From an uncultured virus (IMG/VR IMGVR_UViG_3300037466_004244) (lineage: Duplodnaviria > Heunggongvirae > Uroviricota > Caudoviricetes), in IMG/VR virus record IMGVR_UViG_3300037466_004244: a stretch of 64,000 bases of DNA; one strand, 5' to 3'. Positions 28,153 to 38,149 of this stretch are shown piece after piece (the stretch's first letter is position 1; every line of letters starts with the position of its first letter). The notes under the pieces are model-generated. The model made no database searches, was not told the DNA's origin, and was given only the letters and a program-made list of their open reading frames with translations. Both the position numbers and the translations under genes were made by a program.

Positions 28153-28445
28153 CCGACGCCCTCCTCCTCACCTGCCCCTGCGGCTGGCGGGACGCAAGCA
28201 CGTCCGCCGCGACCGTCTCCCTGTTCGACGCCACCGTCACCGTGTTCCGCTGCCCGACGTGCGGCGCCGTGCTTGCGGGCGTGGTGGGCCCGGACCTGAC
28301 GTCGCGGCAGTTCGCCGAGCATCCCGACTTCGCGCGGCTGTGCGGGATGGAGGCGGGCGCGGCGTTCGTGTCGCGGATCGCGCTTGTGCTCTACGAACGC
28401 CTCACTTCGCTGCCTCCGCCACCCATTCGAGGCACCCACCCATGA
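28149..28445 (+). CDS. Zinc-ribbon hypothetical protein
   Basis: CPCG...CPTCG; GTGA overlap. Confidence 0.65.
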   Translation: MTDALLLTCPCGWRDASTSAATVSLFDATVTVFRCPTCGAVLAGVVGPDLTSRQFAEHPDFARLCGMEAGAAFVSRIALVLYERLTSLPPPPIRGTHP

Positions 28446-28702
28446 CCACCCGTTTCCCCGCACTCGTTACTGGTGCCGAGGACGTCGACGTTCTGTTCCT
28501 CGACGAGCAAGGCAACGCCTCGATGCGGCCGCGGGTGCGGTACGAGCCGACGGGGTTGGATGCGCACCCCGGGACCTGTTGCGCCGCCTCGCATCCCTCC
28601 AACATCTACATCATCGAGGCGACCTGCGCGGGCGTGCTGGGATCCGAGGAGTTCCACCGCGCACGATGGGCCTGCGGCGAGACGTTCGCGGAGTGTGAGT
28701 GA
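28442..28702 (+). CDS. Hypothetical protein
   Basis: ATGA overlap. Confidence 0.6.
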   Translation: MTTRFPALVTGAEDVDVLFLDEQGNASMRPRVRYEPTGLDAHPGTCCAASHPSNIYIIEATCAGVLGSEEFHRARWACGETFAECE

Positions 28703-28935
28703 TCCGGACGACCGCGCAACTCGTCTACTGCCGTAATCGATGGCGCTACTCGCCCACCACGGTCGAGGTCTGTTGCGACGCTGAGGGCTGCGCCCAGACT
28801 GTGATCGCCAAGGATGTCGAACACAACGGAGCTGAGGTCGAGGCCATCTACCTGCCGACGTCGGGATGGACGCTGGGCGAACGCGATTTCTGCCCGGCGC
28901 ACGCATCAACGCAGGACATCGCCACATCGCGATAA
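28699..28935 (+). CDS. Cys-rich hypothetical protein
   Basis: CDAEGC...GWT...DFCPAH. Confidence 0.6.
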   Translation: MIRTTAQLVYCRNRWRYSPTTVEVCCDAEGCAQTVIAKDVEHNGAEVEAIYLPTSGWTLGERDFCPAHASTQDIATSR

Positions 28936-28948
28936 GCCGATAGAACTG

Positions 28949-28977
28949 TTGACGCGTCAAGACGTACCGGCTAACTT
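28949..28977 (+). promoter_or_regulatory. Portal promoter with a TTGACGCGTCAA palindrome
   Basis: TTGACG-17 nt-TAACTT, ATG 6 nt downstream (leaderless-like). Confidence 0.7.
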
Positions 28978-28983
28978 CCGCCC

Positions 28984-30663
28984 ATGGCGGACGTTTCTGC
29001 GCTGTCCATCGTCCCGACACCCCCCGGTCTGTCCGAGGCCGAGCGCGAGCGGATCGATCACACGCGCCTCCGTCGCGACCTGCTCTATGGGCGGACCCGC
29101 GAGCACGTCCGCCGCCGCATCGAACTCAACATCGGCTCCGTCCGTGAGGAGGCGTGGGGTGAACCGGACCTGAGCGGCGAGCCGTTCCTCGACCTGTGCA
29201 CCGGCGGCGCCCACCTCTACGACAACGAGCCCACCGTCCGCACGCCGTCGGACTCGTCGACCCTCGCGGACGACGTCGCCAACGCGGGCCTCTGGGCGCT
29301 GATGCAGCGCGTCCAGCGCGACACCGTCGGGCTGCGCGAGATGCTCGTTGCCGTGGACGTCGAGGGCATCGAGGACCCGCTGGCGTCGGGCATCCCGTTC
29401 AGCTTCCGGCCGGTGTTCCCCGACATGGTCCAGGTCACGGGACACCCGCGCCACCCGTCCGTCCCCGTCCGGGTCCGCGAGTACCGCACCCACCCGGTCT
29501 ACGGCTGGCTCCGCTACGACATGAGCGTCGAGAACCCCGACGCACCGTTCTACCGGGTGTGGACGGCGGACGAGGCGCTGCTGGTGACGGAGGAGGTGCT
29601 GGGCGGTCCGCTCGACGGCGCGGGCTACCCCTACCGCGACAGCAACGGCCGCCCGATCCTCCGGTACGGCATGTACCACGCGGCCGAGACTGGGTTGGTG
29701 TTCGACGCCTTCACCCTGCGCGGTGTCGTCGAGGGGTCGCTGAATGTTGGCGTGCTGCTGACGTACTACGGCCACCTCATCCGGAACGCCGCGTGGGCAC
29801 AGCGCTATGCGGTGAACCTCGAGCCGGTCGGGATGGACGTCGAGGACACCGACACTCCGTTCGGCCGTCCGGCCCTCCGGCGCGAGGTGGTGACCGACCC
29901 GTCCACATTGATGTGCCTGCGTCTCATCGATGCGGGCATCCAGCCCATCGTGGGCCAGTGGCAGAGCCCCGCCGACCCCGAGGCCGTGCTCCGCTCGATC
30001 GGCATGTACGAGCGCCGGATGCTGATGTCCGCCGGCCTCGCGCCTGCCGACGTCACGCGACAGACAGCGGACATCCGGTCCGGCTACTCGCTGGCCGTGG
30101 ACCGTGAAGCCGCCCGCGAGCGCCAGGCGGTGTTCCGCCCGCAGTTCGAGCGCGGCGACCGCAACCTGCTGCGCATCGCGGCGTGCCTCTCCAACCGCTT
30201 CCGCGAGACGAACTACTCCGAGAACCCCGCCGACTACCGCCCCGTTTACACGTCGCTGCCGAAGTCGCCCGCCGAGATTCGTGTTGCCGCCGAGGTCCGC
30301 AAGGCCCGTGTGGATGCGGGCGAACTCGGCCCGGTCGAAGCGCTCCGCGAGGCCGAGCCGGAGCTGACGGACGCGGAGGCGATCGACCGCCTCGCCGACG
30401 TCGCGGCGCAGAAGGCCCGCGTCGAGGCGGCGACGAAGGCGAAGCTGGCGGAGTTGGGGATCGAGCAGGCGCCGCCGGTCGTCGAGTTGTCGGCGCCGGA
30501 CAAGGCGACGGCGCGGCAGGTCGTCGCGGATGCGGCAGCCGGTACCATCGACCCCGAGACGGCGAAGGCGCTGCTGGTTCACGTCGTTGGGCTCTCCGAG
30601 GCGCAGGCGGCCGCGATCACGGCGACGATCAAGCCGAAGTCGGCAGGGGAGATGGCGGCATGA
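28984..30663 (+). CDS. Portal protein
   Basis: 559 aa, first large gene after terL and before scaffold/capsid; SG..L motif in the helical C-terminal half. Confidence 0.75.
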   Translation: MADVSALSIVPTPPGLSEAERERIDHTRLRRDLLYGRTREHVRRRIELNIGSVREEAWGEPDLSGEPFLDLCTGGAHLYDNEPTVRTPSDSSTLADDVANAGLWALMQRVQRDTVGLREMLVAVDVEGIEDPLASGIPFSFRPVFPDMVQVTGHPRHPSVPVRVREYRTHPVYGWLRYDMSVENPDAPFYRVWTADEALLVTEEVLGGPLDGAGYPYRDSNGRPILRYGMYHAAETGLVFDAFTLRGVVEGSLNVGVLLTYYGHLIRNAAWAQRYAVNLEPVGMDVEDTDTPFGRPALRREVVTDPSTLMCLRLIDAGIQPIVGQWQSPADPEAVLRSIGMYERRMLMSAGLAPADVTRQTADIRSGYSLAVDREAARERQAVFRPQFERGDRNLLRIAACLSNRFRETNYSENPADYRPVYTSLPKSPAEIRVAAEVRKARVDAGELGPVEALREAEPELTDAEAIDRLADVAAQKARVEAATKAKLAELGIEQAPPVVELSAPDKATARQVVADAAAGTIDPETAKALLVHVVGLSEAQAAAITATIKPKSAGEMAA

Positions 30664-31088
30664 TCCGCGAGGAGGGACCGCGTCCGACCGGTGTCGAGTT
30701 CGTGCGGGACGCGAACACCGACCACACGATCGCCGTGCTCGGTGGTCGCGAACTCTTCCGCCTGTCGGCCCTTGATGTGGTGCAGGCCGGAGAGGTCGTC
30801 GTTGACTGGAACGACATCGGCCGGGTCTCGGCAGCGACCGAGATCGCCCGCACTGTCGCCATCGACCAGACTGGCCCGCCCCCAGACGGGCCACCCACCA
30901 TCCTCGCCGGCCGCTCCTCCATCCACCTGTCGTCCGCCGACACCTTCGCCCCGGCCCATTCCACGCGCACCGCAAGCCCCAGCGCCCTGATCGTCCTCGC
31001 GAACGACATCCGCATCGTCCGACGCCTCCGCACGCTCCAGAACCGCAGGAGCGCAACGCACACCCCGACCCCCATGGAGGGACCATGA
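30660..31088 (+). CDS. Hypothetical protein
   Basis: ATGA overlap. Confidence 0.6.
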   Translation: MIREEGPRPTGVEFVRDANTDHTIAVLGGRELFRLSALDVVQAGEVVVDWNDIGRVSAATEIARTVAIDQTGPPPDGPPTILAGRSSIHLSSADTFAPAHSTRTASPSALIVLANDIRIVRRLRTLQNRRSATHTPTPMEGP

Positions 31089-31399
31089 TCAGCACCGTCG
31101 TCCTCAGCCGCGTCATCAAGGCGCGCGTCAAGGTCGAGCATCCCGACACCTGGACCCCGGAGGACGTCGAGGCGGCCGCCGAGGCTCGCGCGATCGACGT
31201 CAACGACCGCGCGCAGTGGTGGGACGCGACGCAGAAGACCGCGATCGACAGCGTCGAGGTGGGCGTTTCGGACCCGCCTCCGCCCCCGGACGGCTGGGGC
31301 TGCTGCCCCATGAACGCGGCGCCGCTGGGACTCGACGAGGACGACCTCGCCGAAGCCGCCGCCGAAGAGGCCGAGGACGCTGCGGGAGGTGCCGCGTGA
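31085..31399 (+). CDS. Acidic hypothetical protein
   Basis: GGAGG RBS; overlaps on both sides. Confidence 0.7.
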   Translation: MISTVVLSRVIKARVKVEHPDTWTPEDVEAAAEARAIDVNDRAQWWDATQKTAIDSVEVGVSDPPPPPDGWGCCPMNAAPLGLDEDDLAEAAAEEAEDAAGGAA

Positions 31400-32037
31400 G
31401 TGACGTCGCGACCGAGACGGAGACGCCCGTCACCCCGGCGCCGAAGGTGACGCCGGCCCCGGCGAAGACCCCGAAGGAGCTCGCCGTCCCGATGGCCCGC
31501 TTCGAGCGTGTCAACGGGGAGCGTCGCGCCCTGAAGGACGAGAACACCGTGCTCAAGACGCAGATCGAATCCCTCACCACCGAGAAAACGACGCTGGCCG
31601 AGAAGGTCACCGCGGCCGAAGCCGCCGCCGCCCGCGTCGCGCAACTCGAGGAGGACCTCGGCCTCACGCGCGCCGGCTTTGACGACCCGGATGCGGTCGA
31701 GCAGCTTCGCCTGCACTACGGCAAGCTGCCGGAGGACGACCGCAAGAAGACGACGATCGTGGACTACGCGAAGGCGCTGAAGGTCGAGGGGGCAGCGATC
31801 CCGAAGTCCCTCCAACCCTTCCTCGCCCCGCCGGCCGACACGACGAAGCGCACCCCAACGCCGCCCCGCGATCCCGGCAGTGACGGCGCGCCCCCGCCGT
31901 CGACCGCGACCTACAGCAACGAGGGCCTCAAGGTTCTGCGGGAGAAGGCGCAGAAGTCGGGCGCGGCGGCCGACTGGCTGGCGGTCAACGACTACGCCGA
32001 CAAGCTCGCCGCACAATCGCGCAAGAAAAAGCCTTGA
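31396..32037 (+). CDS. Capsid scaffolding protein
   Basis: VPMARFERVNGERRAL followed by coiled coil and a Pro-rich tail; upstream of the capsid gene. Confidence 0.75.
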   Translation: MSDVATETETPVTPAPKVTPAPAKTPKELAVPMARFERVNGERRALKDENTVLKTQIESLTTEKTTLAEKVTAAEAAAARVAQLEEDLGLTRAGFDDPDAVEQLRLHYGKLPEDDRKKTTIVDYAKALKVEGAAIPKSLQPFLAPPADTTKRTPTPPRDPGSDGAPPPSTATYSNEGLKVLREKAQKSGAAADWLAVNDYADKLAAQSRKKKP

Positions 32038-32063
32038 CGCGTCAAGAGCAGACAGGGTAGGCT
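32034..32063 (+). promoter_or_regulatory. Capsid promoter with a TTGACGCGTCAA palindrome
   Basis: TTGACG-18 nt-TAGGCT; same palindrome as 28949. Confidence 0.65.
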
Positions 32064-32082
32064 GCGAGCAGAACCAACAAGC

Positions 32083-32220
32083 CCACGGGACACCGCGACC
32101 CCGAGAGGATCCACGGGTGGGAAACCACCTGAGGAGACGGCCGAAAGGCCGCCATCCATGTGGAACCAAGCGAAGGCGAAAGACGGCATGAACCCTCTTT
32201 CCTCTTCGGGTGTCCCATGG
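32083..32220 (+). ncRNA. Structured 5' leader of the major capsid gene (candidate cis-regulatory RNA)
   Basis: Two GAAA-tetraloop hairpins inside nested stems; outer stem covers the ATG. Confidence 0.55.
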
Positions 32221-33149
32221 CGGACGAAATCCTCTATGCCGGACTGGCGGATCAGACGACCACCGAGGTCTTGAGCGCCAAGGTCCTGTTCCTCCTCGCC
32301 GATCGCAACGCGATGCCCAACCACCCCGCGCTCGCCGCCGGGTACCAGGGCGAGATCCAGGGGCGCGGCTCGCGCGTGCTCAAGGTTCCGCACGTCGGGA
32401 TCATGGGCTACAACCTGCTCGCCACCGCGAGCGAGGGCAGCGGCACTGCGAACACGCCGTACACCGACTCCTCGTCCACGCTCACGCTGGCGATGAAGGA
32501 GAAGATCTACGAGCCGTCCGACATGGCGCGCCTCATCGACGCGACGGGGATGCTCAACGCGCAGACCTTCGCGGTCGACGCGGTCGTCTCCAAGGCGGCG
32601 ACGATGCTCTCGATGCTGGCCAACCTCGTGGGCGGGTTCGGCACGTCGGTCGGATCGAGCGGCGTCAACGCGACCGCCCGCAACCACGTCGACGCGATCA
32701 CCGCGCTCAACGTGGCTGGTGCCGGTGGCCCGTACCTCGCGGTCTACCACCCGACGCAGTTCGGCGACATGACCGCCGATTCGGCGCTCGTGAGCGGCGG
32801 TGCGGCGCAGTACAGCCCCGAGATCCAGATGCTGATGCAGGGCCTCGCCGGCATCGGGTACAAGGGCGAGTACTTCGGCGTGCCGGTGTTCACCACCCTG
32901 CACGTCCCGACGACCAACGGCGGCGCGGACCGGGCGGGCGGCATGTTCGGCACGGGCGGCATCATCTGGGCCGACGGCCAGGTGCCGGTCGATCCGGACC
33001 CGAACATCATCGTGCTCGAGAACGGCAAGCTCATCTTCGAGCGCGTGCGCGACGGGCGGGCCAGCCTCACTGGCTACAAGTCGCAGTTCCCGATCGCGAT
33101 GAGCCGCGGTCTGGATGGCGCGGGCGTCGCGGTCATCACCGACGCCTGA
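32217..33149 (+). CDS. Major capsid protein
   Basis: 310 aa after the scaffold; YLAVYHPTQFGDM and GEYFGVPVFTT resemble HK97-fold motifs. Confidence 0.85.
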   Translation: MADEILYAGLADQTTTEVLSAKVLFLLADRNAMPNHPALAAGYQGEIQGRGSRVLKVPHVGIMGYNLLATASEGSGTANTPYTDSSSTLTLAMKEKIYEPSDMARLIDATGMLNAQTFAVDAVVSKAATMLSMLANLVGGFGTSVGSSGVNATARNHVDAITALNVAGAGGPYLAVYHPTQFGDMTADSALVSGGAAQYSPEIQMLMQGLAGIGYKGEYFGVPVFTTLHVPTTNGGADRAGGMFGTGGIIWADGQVPVDPDPNIIVLENGKLIFERVRDGRASLTGYKSQFPIAMSRGLDGAGVAVITDA

Positions 33150-33156
33150 GTGATTC

Positions 33157-33225
33157 GGGCTCCGGGGAGGGGCGCGGCACCGCCCGTCCTTCCTCGGGCC
33201 ATGCCCCCCCCGGGGCCTCTCCCAA
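33157..33225 (+). terminator. GC-rich hairpin(s) after the capsid gene
   Basis: GGGGAGGG...TCCTTCCTC pairing potential; no U-tract. Confidence 0.35.
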
Positions 33226-33241
33226 CCCTGGAAGGACACCA

Positions 33242-34027
33242 ATGGAACTCTCTCGCGCCGATCGCGAAGTCGCCCCTGGTGGGGTGTTCGTCCCCGACGA
33301 GGGCACGACCAGCCGCACCAGCAACCCCGCCACGAAGGTGGCCACCAACGCGCCGTTCCAGATGGTGTTCGACCCCCAACGCTGGACGATCGTCGAGGGG
33401 AAGGTCGTCCCCCGCTTCTACGAGATCCGCCACATCCCGGGTCTCCAGGGCGTCGAGGAGAACGTGGACCCGCGGACCCGCCAGCGGCGCGTTCGCACCG
33501 TACACGCGCGCGACGATGCGGAGAGCATGGGCCATCGGCTCATCCCGTACGACGCCATCCCTGACAGCCACCGCACGCTACACGGGACGGCGGACGGGCC
33601 CAAGTCCTACCTCTGGAGCCCCGCCGGCCGCCCCGACGTCACGCTGCTGATCTACACGCGCGTGTTCCCGGGCAACGACCGCGTCGAGCTCGACCACGCC
33701 CGCTACCACGAGTGGGTCGACTACCTCATCGAGCGCGAGGTCATCACGCCCCCGCCGAGCTTCGTGCTCCGCGAACTTCTGACGAAGAAGGCCGAGGAGC
33801 GCGACCGCGTCGCCGACAAGGCGCGCACGGCCCCGAGCCTTGCGGGCGAGGTCGAGCGGCTCTCCCGCGACGTCGAGGCGATCCGCCTCGAACTCGAGCG
33901 CCGGGAGCGCGCCGAGGGGGGCGAGGCGCCCGCAACGGGCGGTGCTTCCGTACCGGACGAAGACCTGACCCCCGACACGCAGCCGCCCGCCACCAAGCCG
34001 GGCCGCGCCCCGAAGGCGGCGACCTGA
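33242..34027 (+). CDS. Hypothetical protein in the head module
   Basis: AAGGA RBS; MELSRADREVAPGG..., 261 aa. Confidence 0.75.
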   Translation: MELSRADREVAPGGVFVPDEGTTSRTSNPATKVATNAPFQMVFDPQRWTIVEGKVVPRFYEIRHIPGLQGVEENVDPRTRQRRVRTVHARDDAESMGHRLIPYDAIPDSHRTLHGTADGPKSYLWSPAGRPDVTLLIYTRVFPGNDRVELDHARYHEWVDYLIEREVITPPPSFVLRELLTKKAEERDRVADKARTAPSLAGEVERLSRDVEAIRLELERRERAEGGEAPATGGASVPDEDLTPDTQPPATKPGRAPKAAT

Positions 34028-34176
34028 TGCCGCGCCCTCTCACGCCCGCCGAAGCCCGCGAGCGGATGACCGAGGTCATCCAGACGACGCGCGGGCTCGA
34101 CAAGTCCACCGCCGCGAAGCTGGCCGACGAGTCGGTCCGACGCGTCTTCGACCGCAAAGACAAGCAGGGGAACTGA
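34027..34176 (+). CDS. Small hypothetical protein
   Basis: TGATG coupling. Confidence 0.6.
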   Translation: MPRPLTPAEARERMTEVIQTTRGLDKSTAAKLADESVRRVFDRKDKQGN

Positions 34177-34179
34177 ACC

Positions 34180-34956
34180 ATGTCCGACCTCGTCGCCACC
34201 GCCCAGCTCACGCGCCTCGCCTTCGAGCCCCACAACCCGGCTGCAGTGACGGGCGTCAAGACGCGGATGTCCGACCGCTACGAGCTGTACTGGCGGGCCG
34301 GCGAGCGTGGGCATCCGTGCATCAACGCCGACCTCGCCAGCGGCACCGAGGCGACCCGCGAGCCGGCCGACAAGGACTTCGAGGTCCTCGGCACGAACGC
34401 GACGAGCGCCCTCGCGGTGTACTACGCCGAGGGCGGCATCGCCCTCGTGACGGCCGGCGCGAGCGGCGACAGCACCATCCTCGCGCCCCACCTCGATACC
34501 AACCAGACCGGGTGGACCGGCATCACCTGGGGCACGGACAAGCAGACCGTCTGGGAGTGCCACATCTCGACGGCGGCGGACATCGCGGCGATCGTGATCT
34601 GGGCGGGCCTCAAGCTCACCAACACGAGCACCACGGCGACCGACAACGACCAGGTGTTCTTCCGCTTCGCCCCGGGCACGAACTCGGGGGAGTGGCAGGC
34701 GATCTACTCGATCGGCGGCACGGACACGGCGGTCGACACGGATGTCGTGGTCGCGGCCTCCACGAAGTACCGGCTCAAGGTGGCGATCGACGCCGACCGC
34801 GTCGCCCGCATGTGGATCAACGACGCCCTCGTCGCCACCTCCACCGCGCTGACCGACGCGACGGACCTGATCCCCTACATCGGCGTCCAGGCGAGCGCCG
34901 CGGCCGCCAAGACCCTCTACGTCTTCGAGCAGGCGATCTCCCGCCAGATCGGCTGA
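34180..34956 (+). CDS. Virion protein, beta-sandwich-like
   Basis: Thr/Ala/Gly-rich, alternating beta pattern. Confidence 0.75.
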   Translation: MSDLVATAQLTRLAFEPHNPAAVTGVKTRMSDRYELYWRAGERGHPCINADLASGTEATREPADKDFEVLGTNATSALAVYYAEGGIALVTAGASGDSTILAPHLDTNQTGWTGITWGTDKQTVWECHISTAADIAAIVIWAGLKLTNTSTTATDNDQVFFRFAPGTNSGEWQAIYSIGGTDTAVDTDVVVAASTKYRLKVAIDADRVARMWINDALVATSTALTDATDLIPYIGVQASAAAAKTLYVFEQAISRQIG

Positions 34957-34985
34957 TCCCAACCCCTGACCCCGGGTAGCGCTCC

Positions 34986-35828
34986 ATGTCCACGGCCCTG
35001 ACCGACATCCAGACCTTCCGCGCCGCCCTGTCTATTGCGGGCCTCCGCCTGCGTGTGGCCGGATCAGGCACTGACGGTGCCTACATCGACATCACGACGG
35101 GCACCGGCGCGCCGACGCACAGCGCGCCGCTCGACTCGCTGTACATCCGCCTCGACGCCTCTGACTCCGGTTCGTGGCTCTACCGCAACACGGACGGCGG
35201 AACGACGTGGGAGACGCAGAGCGACACGGAGTTCGCGGAGTTCCTTGCGGCGACCAACACGTTCACGGCGGTTCAGACGTTCACGGCGGGGCTCGACAGC
35301 ACCGGCCGGGTGACGACCACCGACGGCGTCGCCTCGGGCACCGCCCGCGTCATCGGCGGCCGCGCGGCCTCGAGCACCGCAGCCTCGACCACCATCGCGG
35401 GCGGTTCCGGTGCGCAGGCGTACGACGTCACCTACGCCATCCCCGCGAACACGCTGAAGGCTGGGTCGCACGCCCGGATCGCGGCGGTGGTCAAGGCCAT
35501 CGCGCAGAACGGCACGGACACGTTCCTCGCGCAGCTCCGGGTCGGGGGCACGGTGGTCGCCACCGCCGGGGCAGTCGACATCGCGGCCAACGATCGCGCC
35601 TACCTCAGCTGCGACCTCGACTGCTACGCCGCGCCGGGCGGCTCGGTGACGGTGGTCTACGGCGGCCTCGCCGGCTGGTCCACCTCGGGCGCGGGCCCCA
35701 ACATCACCGGCGGCGCCCTGACGCTGGCGACGAACGGCGCGGTCACGGTCGACGTGGTCATCACCTACGGCTCGTCCAACTCCGGCAACACGTCGGCGCT
35801 CGAAGCGCTGGTCGTGAACATCACCTGA
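34986..35828 (+). CDS. Virion fibre/decoration-like protein
   Basis: GTGAPTHSAPLDSLYIRLD motif, NTFTAVQTF; Thr/Gly/Ala-rich. Confidence 0.75.
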   Translation: MSTALTDIQTFRAALSIAGLRLRVAGSGTDGAYIDITTGTGAPTHSAPLDSLYIRLDASDSGSWLYRNTDGGTTWETQSDTEFAEFLAATNTFTAVQTFTAGLDSTGRVTTTDGVASGTARVIGGRAASSTAASTTIAGGSGAQAYDVTYAIPANTLKAGSHARIAAVVKAIAQNGTDTFLAQLRVGGTVVATAGAVDIAANDRAYLSCDLDCYAAPGGSVTVVYGGLAGWSTSGAGPNITGGALTLATNGAVTVDVVITYGSSNSGNTSALEALVVNIT

Positions 35829-35835
35829 GGCTGCG

Positions 35836-36366
35836 ATGTCCATCACCTCCGGCGGCACCGTCTACAGCCTCGTCACCGCGCAGGAGATCTCCGCGGAGGA
35901 CGGCCGCAACGCAGTCGATCCGATCCGCTGGGAGTTCCCGGGCAGCATCAACCCCGGCGGCCAGTACGCAAGCGGCACCACCGACAACAAGTGGGACTGT
36001 GCGTGGTACGACGAGGCCACGCTCACGGCGACGACGCGCAACATCGACCTCTCGGGGGCGCTGACGCGGGCGCTTGGAGGCGCGACCATCTCTGCCGCCG
36101 AGTGCTGCGGGATCTTCATTGCAAACACCGCGACGGCTGCTGCGTCCGTGCTGACGCTCGGCAACGGCTCCAACGCCGCGTACTCGGGACTGTTCGGCGC
36201 GACGGGCCACACGATCACCATCCCGGCGTCCGGCATGCTCCAGTGGTTCGCGCCACTGGACGGCGGCGGCCTCCCCATCACGAACAGCACGGCGGACATC
36301 CTCAAGCTCGACTCGGGCTCGGCGACGATCACGTACCGGATCGCTCTTCTCTTCCGGCTGACCTGA
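35836..36366 (+). CDS. Virion structural protein
   Basis: Composition and position. Confidence 0.7.
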   Translation: MSITSGGTVYSLVTAQEISAEDGRNAVDPIRWEFPGSINPGGQYASGTTDNKWDCAWYDEATLTATTRNIDLSGALTRALGGATISAAECCGIFIANTATAAASVLTLGNGSNAAYSGLFGATGHTITIPASGMLQWFAPLDGGGLPITNSTADILKLDSGSATITYRIALLFRLT

Positions 36367-36375
36367 GGGGGCACC

Positions 36376-37137
36376 ATGTCGCGCGTCGAATACACGCCGC
36401 GCTGGCCCTACCCGACCACGTATCTGGAGCGGGGCAGCGACAACCCGCTCACCCTCGGTGTCTACCGCGACGGCGCGATCGTTGCGCCCACCTCCGGCAC
36501 GATCACGGTCTACGACGCGTCCAACGCCGCCGTCGTGAGCGCCGCGAGCGTGACGCCTGCGGGCTCCCTCGCAACGTACACCATCGACGCGGCGACCCTC
36601 GCGTCGTCATCCCTCGGCGTGAACTGGCGCATCGAGTGGGTGCTCCGGATGCCGGACGGGTACGACCACACGTACCGGACGCCGGCCGCTCTCGTCCGCG
36701 TCCTGCTGCCTCCTGCCGCATCGTGCGAAACGCTGCTCGGGCTTCACCCGGACCTCAACAACTACCTGCCGGTGGACATCACCACAAACGTCCGCCAGAC
36801 GTCGTGGCAGCCGCAGCTCGATACGGCCTGGCGCTTCCTGCTGAAGTGGATCGAGAGCCGCGGGCGGCGGCACTACCTCACCACGACGAGCGACGCGTTC
36901 GAGCTCCTCCACGCGTATGAGGCGATGGTCATCATCGCGCGGGCGCAGGAGGCTGACGGCGACGAGACGGGGCGTTGGCCAAAGCTCGAAGGGAAGTACG
37001 AGGCGCTCGCCAAGGAGCAGCGCGACACGCTCGTCCTCGGGTACGACGAGACGGACAGCGGCCGCGCCACGCCGGGCCGTCGCGCCGCCGCACAACCCCC
37101 GATCTTCCTCACCAGCCGCGGCCGGAGGGTATGGTGA
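36376..37137 (+). CDS. Probable head-tail adaptor
   Basis: Beta-rich N-half plus helical C-half; positional inference. Confidence 0.6.
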   Translation: MSRVEYTPRWPYPTTYLERGSDNPLTLGVYRDGAIVAPTSGTITVYDASNAAVVSAASVTPAGSLATYTIDAATLASSSLGVNWRIEWVLRMPDGYDHTYRTPAALVRVLLPPAASCETLLGLHPDLNNYLPVDITTNVRQTSWQPQLDTAWRFLLKWIESRGRRHYLTTTSDAFELLHAYEAMVIIARAQEADGDETGRWPKLEGKYEALAKEQRDTLVLGYDETDSGRATPGRRAAAQPPIFLTSRGRRVW

Positions 37138-37598
37138 GCGCGACCATCAAGCAGATCCGCAGGGCCACCGCCGACCGCATCCGGAGCCTCGGGGAGCCGT
37201 GGTGGCTCGCGAACGTGCCGTACGACCTGTTCGGCATCCGCGCAGTCCCAAACGGCATTCCGGCGCAGCGGGGGCACGGCGCCTTCGCGGTCGGCACCCC
37301 GACGACGCCGGAGTTTGGGTGGCGGCAGACCCCGCGCGACGGGACGCTGAACCGCACGACGCTCGCGATCCGGTTCCTCGCCCGCCACACGCCGACCGCT
37401 TCGCTTGATTCGGTCGATGCCGCGACGGACATGGAGCAGAGCCTGATTGCGCGATTGCTCACCATGGATGCCTCCTGGCCGGTGAGCTTCAACCTTGAAC
37501 TCAACTCGGCGTCTCGCTCCACGCCCGCCCCCGGTGACTGGCACCTCCACGAGATCCAGTTCACCGCGATCCACGTCTACCCGCTCGCCCCCGCCTGA
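37131..37598 (+). CDS. Probable tail terminator/completion protein
   Basis: GGAGG RBS; directly upstream of the tail tube candidate. Confidence 0.55.
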   Translation: MVSATIKQIRRATADRIRSLGEPWWLANVPYDLFGIRAVPNGIPAQRGHGAFAVGTPTTPEFGWRQTPRDGTLNRTTLAIRFLARHTPTASLDSVDAATDMEQSLIARLLTMDASWPVSFNLELNSASRSTPAPGDWHLHEIQFTAIHVYPLAPA

Positions 37599-37610
37599 CA
37601 GGAGGCTTCC

Positions 37611-38117
37611 ATGAGTCTCGCCGCCGCACCCCTGATCCCCAACGACGGATCGCTCACGTTCTCCTCCTCGGGCGGTGGCGTCTCGTGGACGCTCCAGTAC
37701 GAGGACGGCGACTTCAAGTTCGGCCCCACCGCCGAAGGCCAGAAGGACGTCGAGAAGTTCTTCACGCGCGGCGCCTTCTACGCCGCGCGCAAGACGATGG
37801 ACAAGGTGATGCCGTTCTCGTTCACGGCGCACGCCGTGGGGTTCACCGACGCCACCGCCAAGACGGCCTACAACATGGTCCGCAAACTGGGACCGTGGGC
37901 TGGTGCCACCTCGACCCTGCCCACCACGGCGGGCGACGTGTGGTGCCTGCAGACCGTGTTCGCCGGAGAGCGCACCAACTTCGGGGCCAGCGCCGATGCG
38001 TCGGTCACGATGAAGTACTGCCACATGGAGATCGAGTTCTCCGAGGGCACTCCGGGCAAGTTCACGATCTCGGGCGAGCTGTACCCGTACAGCACGGACT
38101 ACTTCACGGAAGCCTGA
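37611..38117 (+). CDS. Probable major tail (tube) protein
   Basis: AGGAGG RBS, beta-rich, upstream of chaperone and tape measure. Confidence 0.65.
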   Translation: MSLAAAPLIPNDGSLTFSSSGGGVSWTLQYEDGDFKFGPTAEGQKDVEKFFTRGAFYAARKTMDKVMPFSFTAHAVGFTDATAKTAYNMVRKLGPWAGATSTLPTTAGDVWCLQTVFAGERTNFGASADASVTMKYCHMEIEFSEGTPGKFTISGELYPYSTDYFTEA

Positions 38118-38149
38118 GCGCTCACGCCTGACGACGAAAGGAAGGACGC

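Noticed and set aside
32116..32185. Possible hammerhead ribozyme (CUGAGGA followed by a GGCCGAAAGGCC stem)
   Set aside because: No GAAA directly after stem II and no correctly placed NUH cleavage triplet; kept only as an unclassified structured leader
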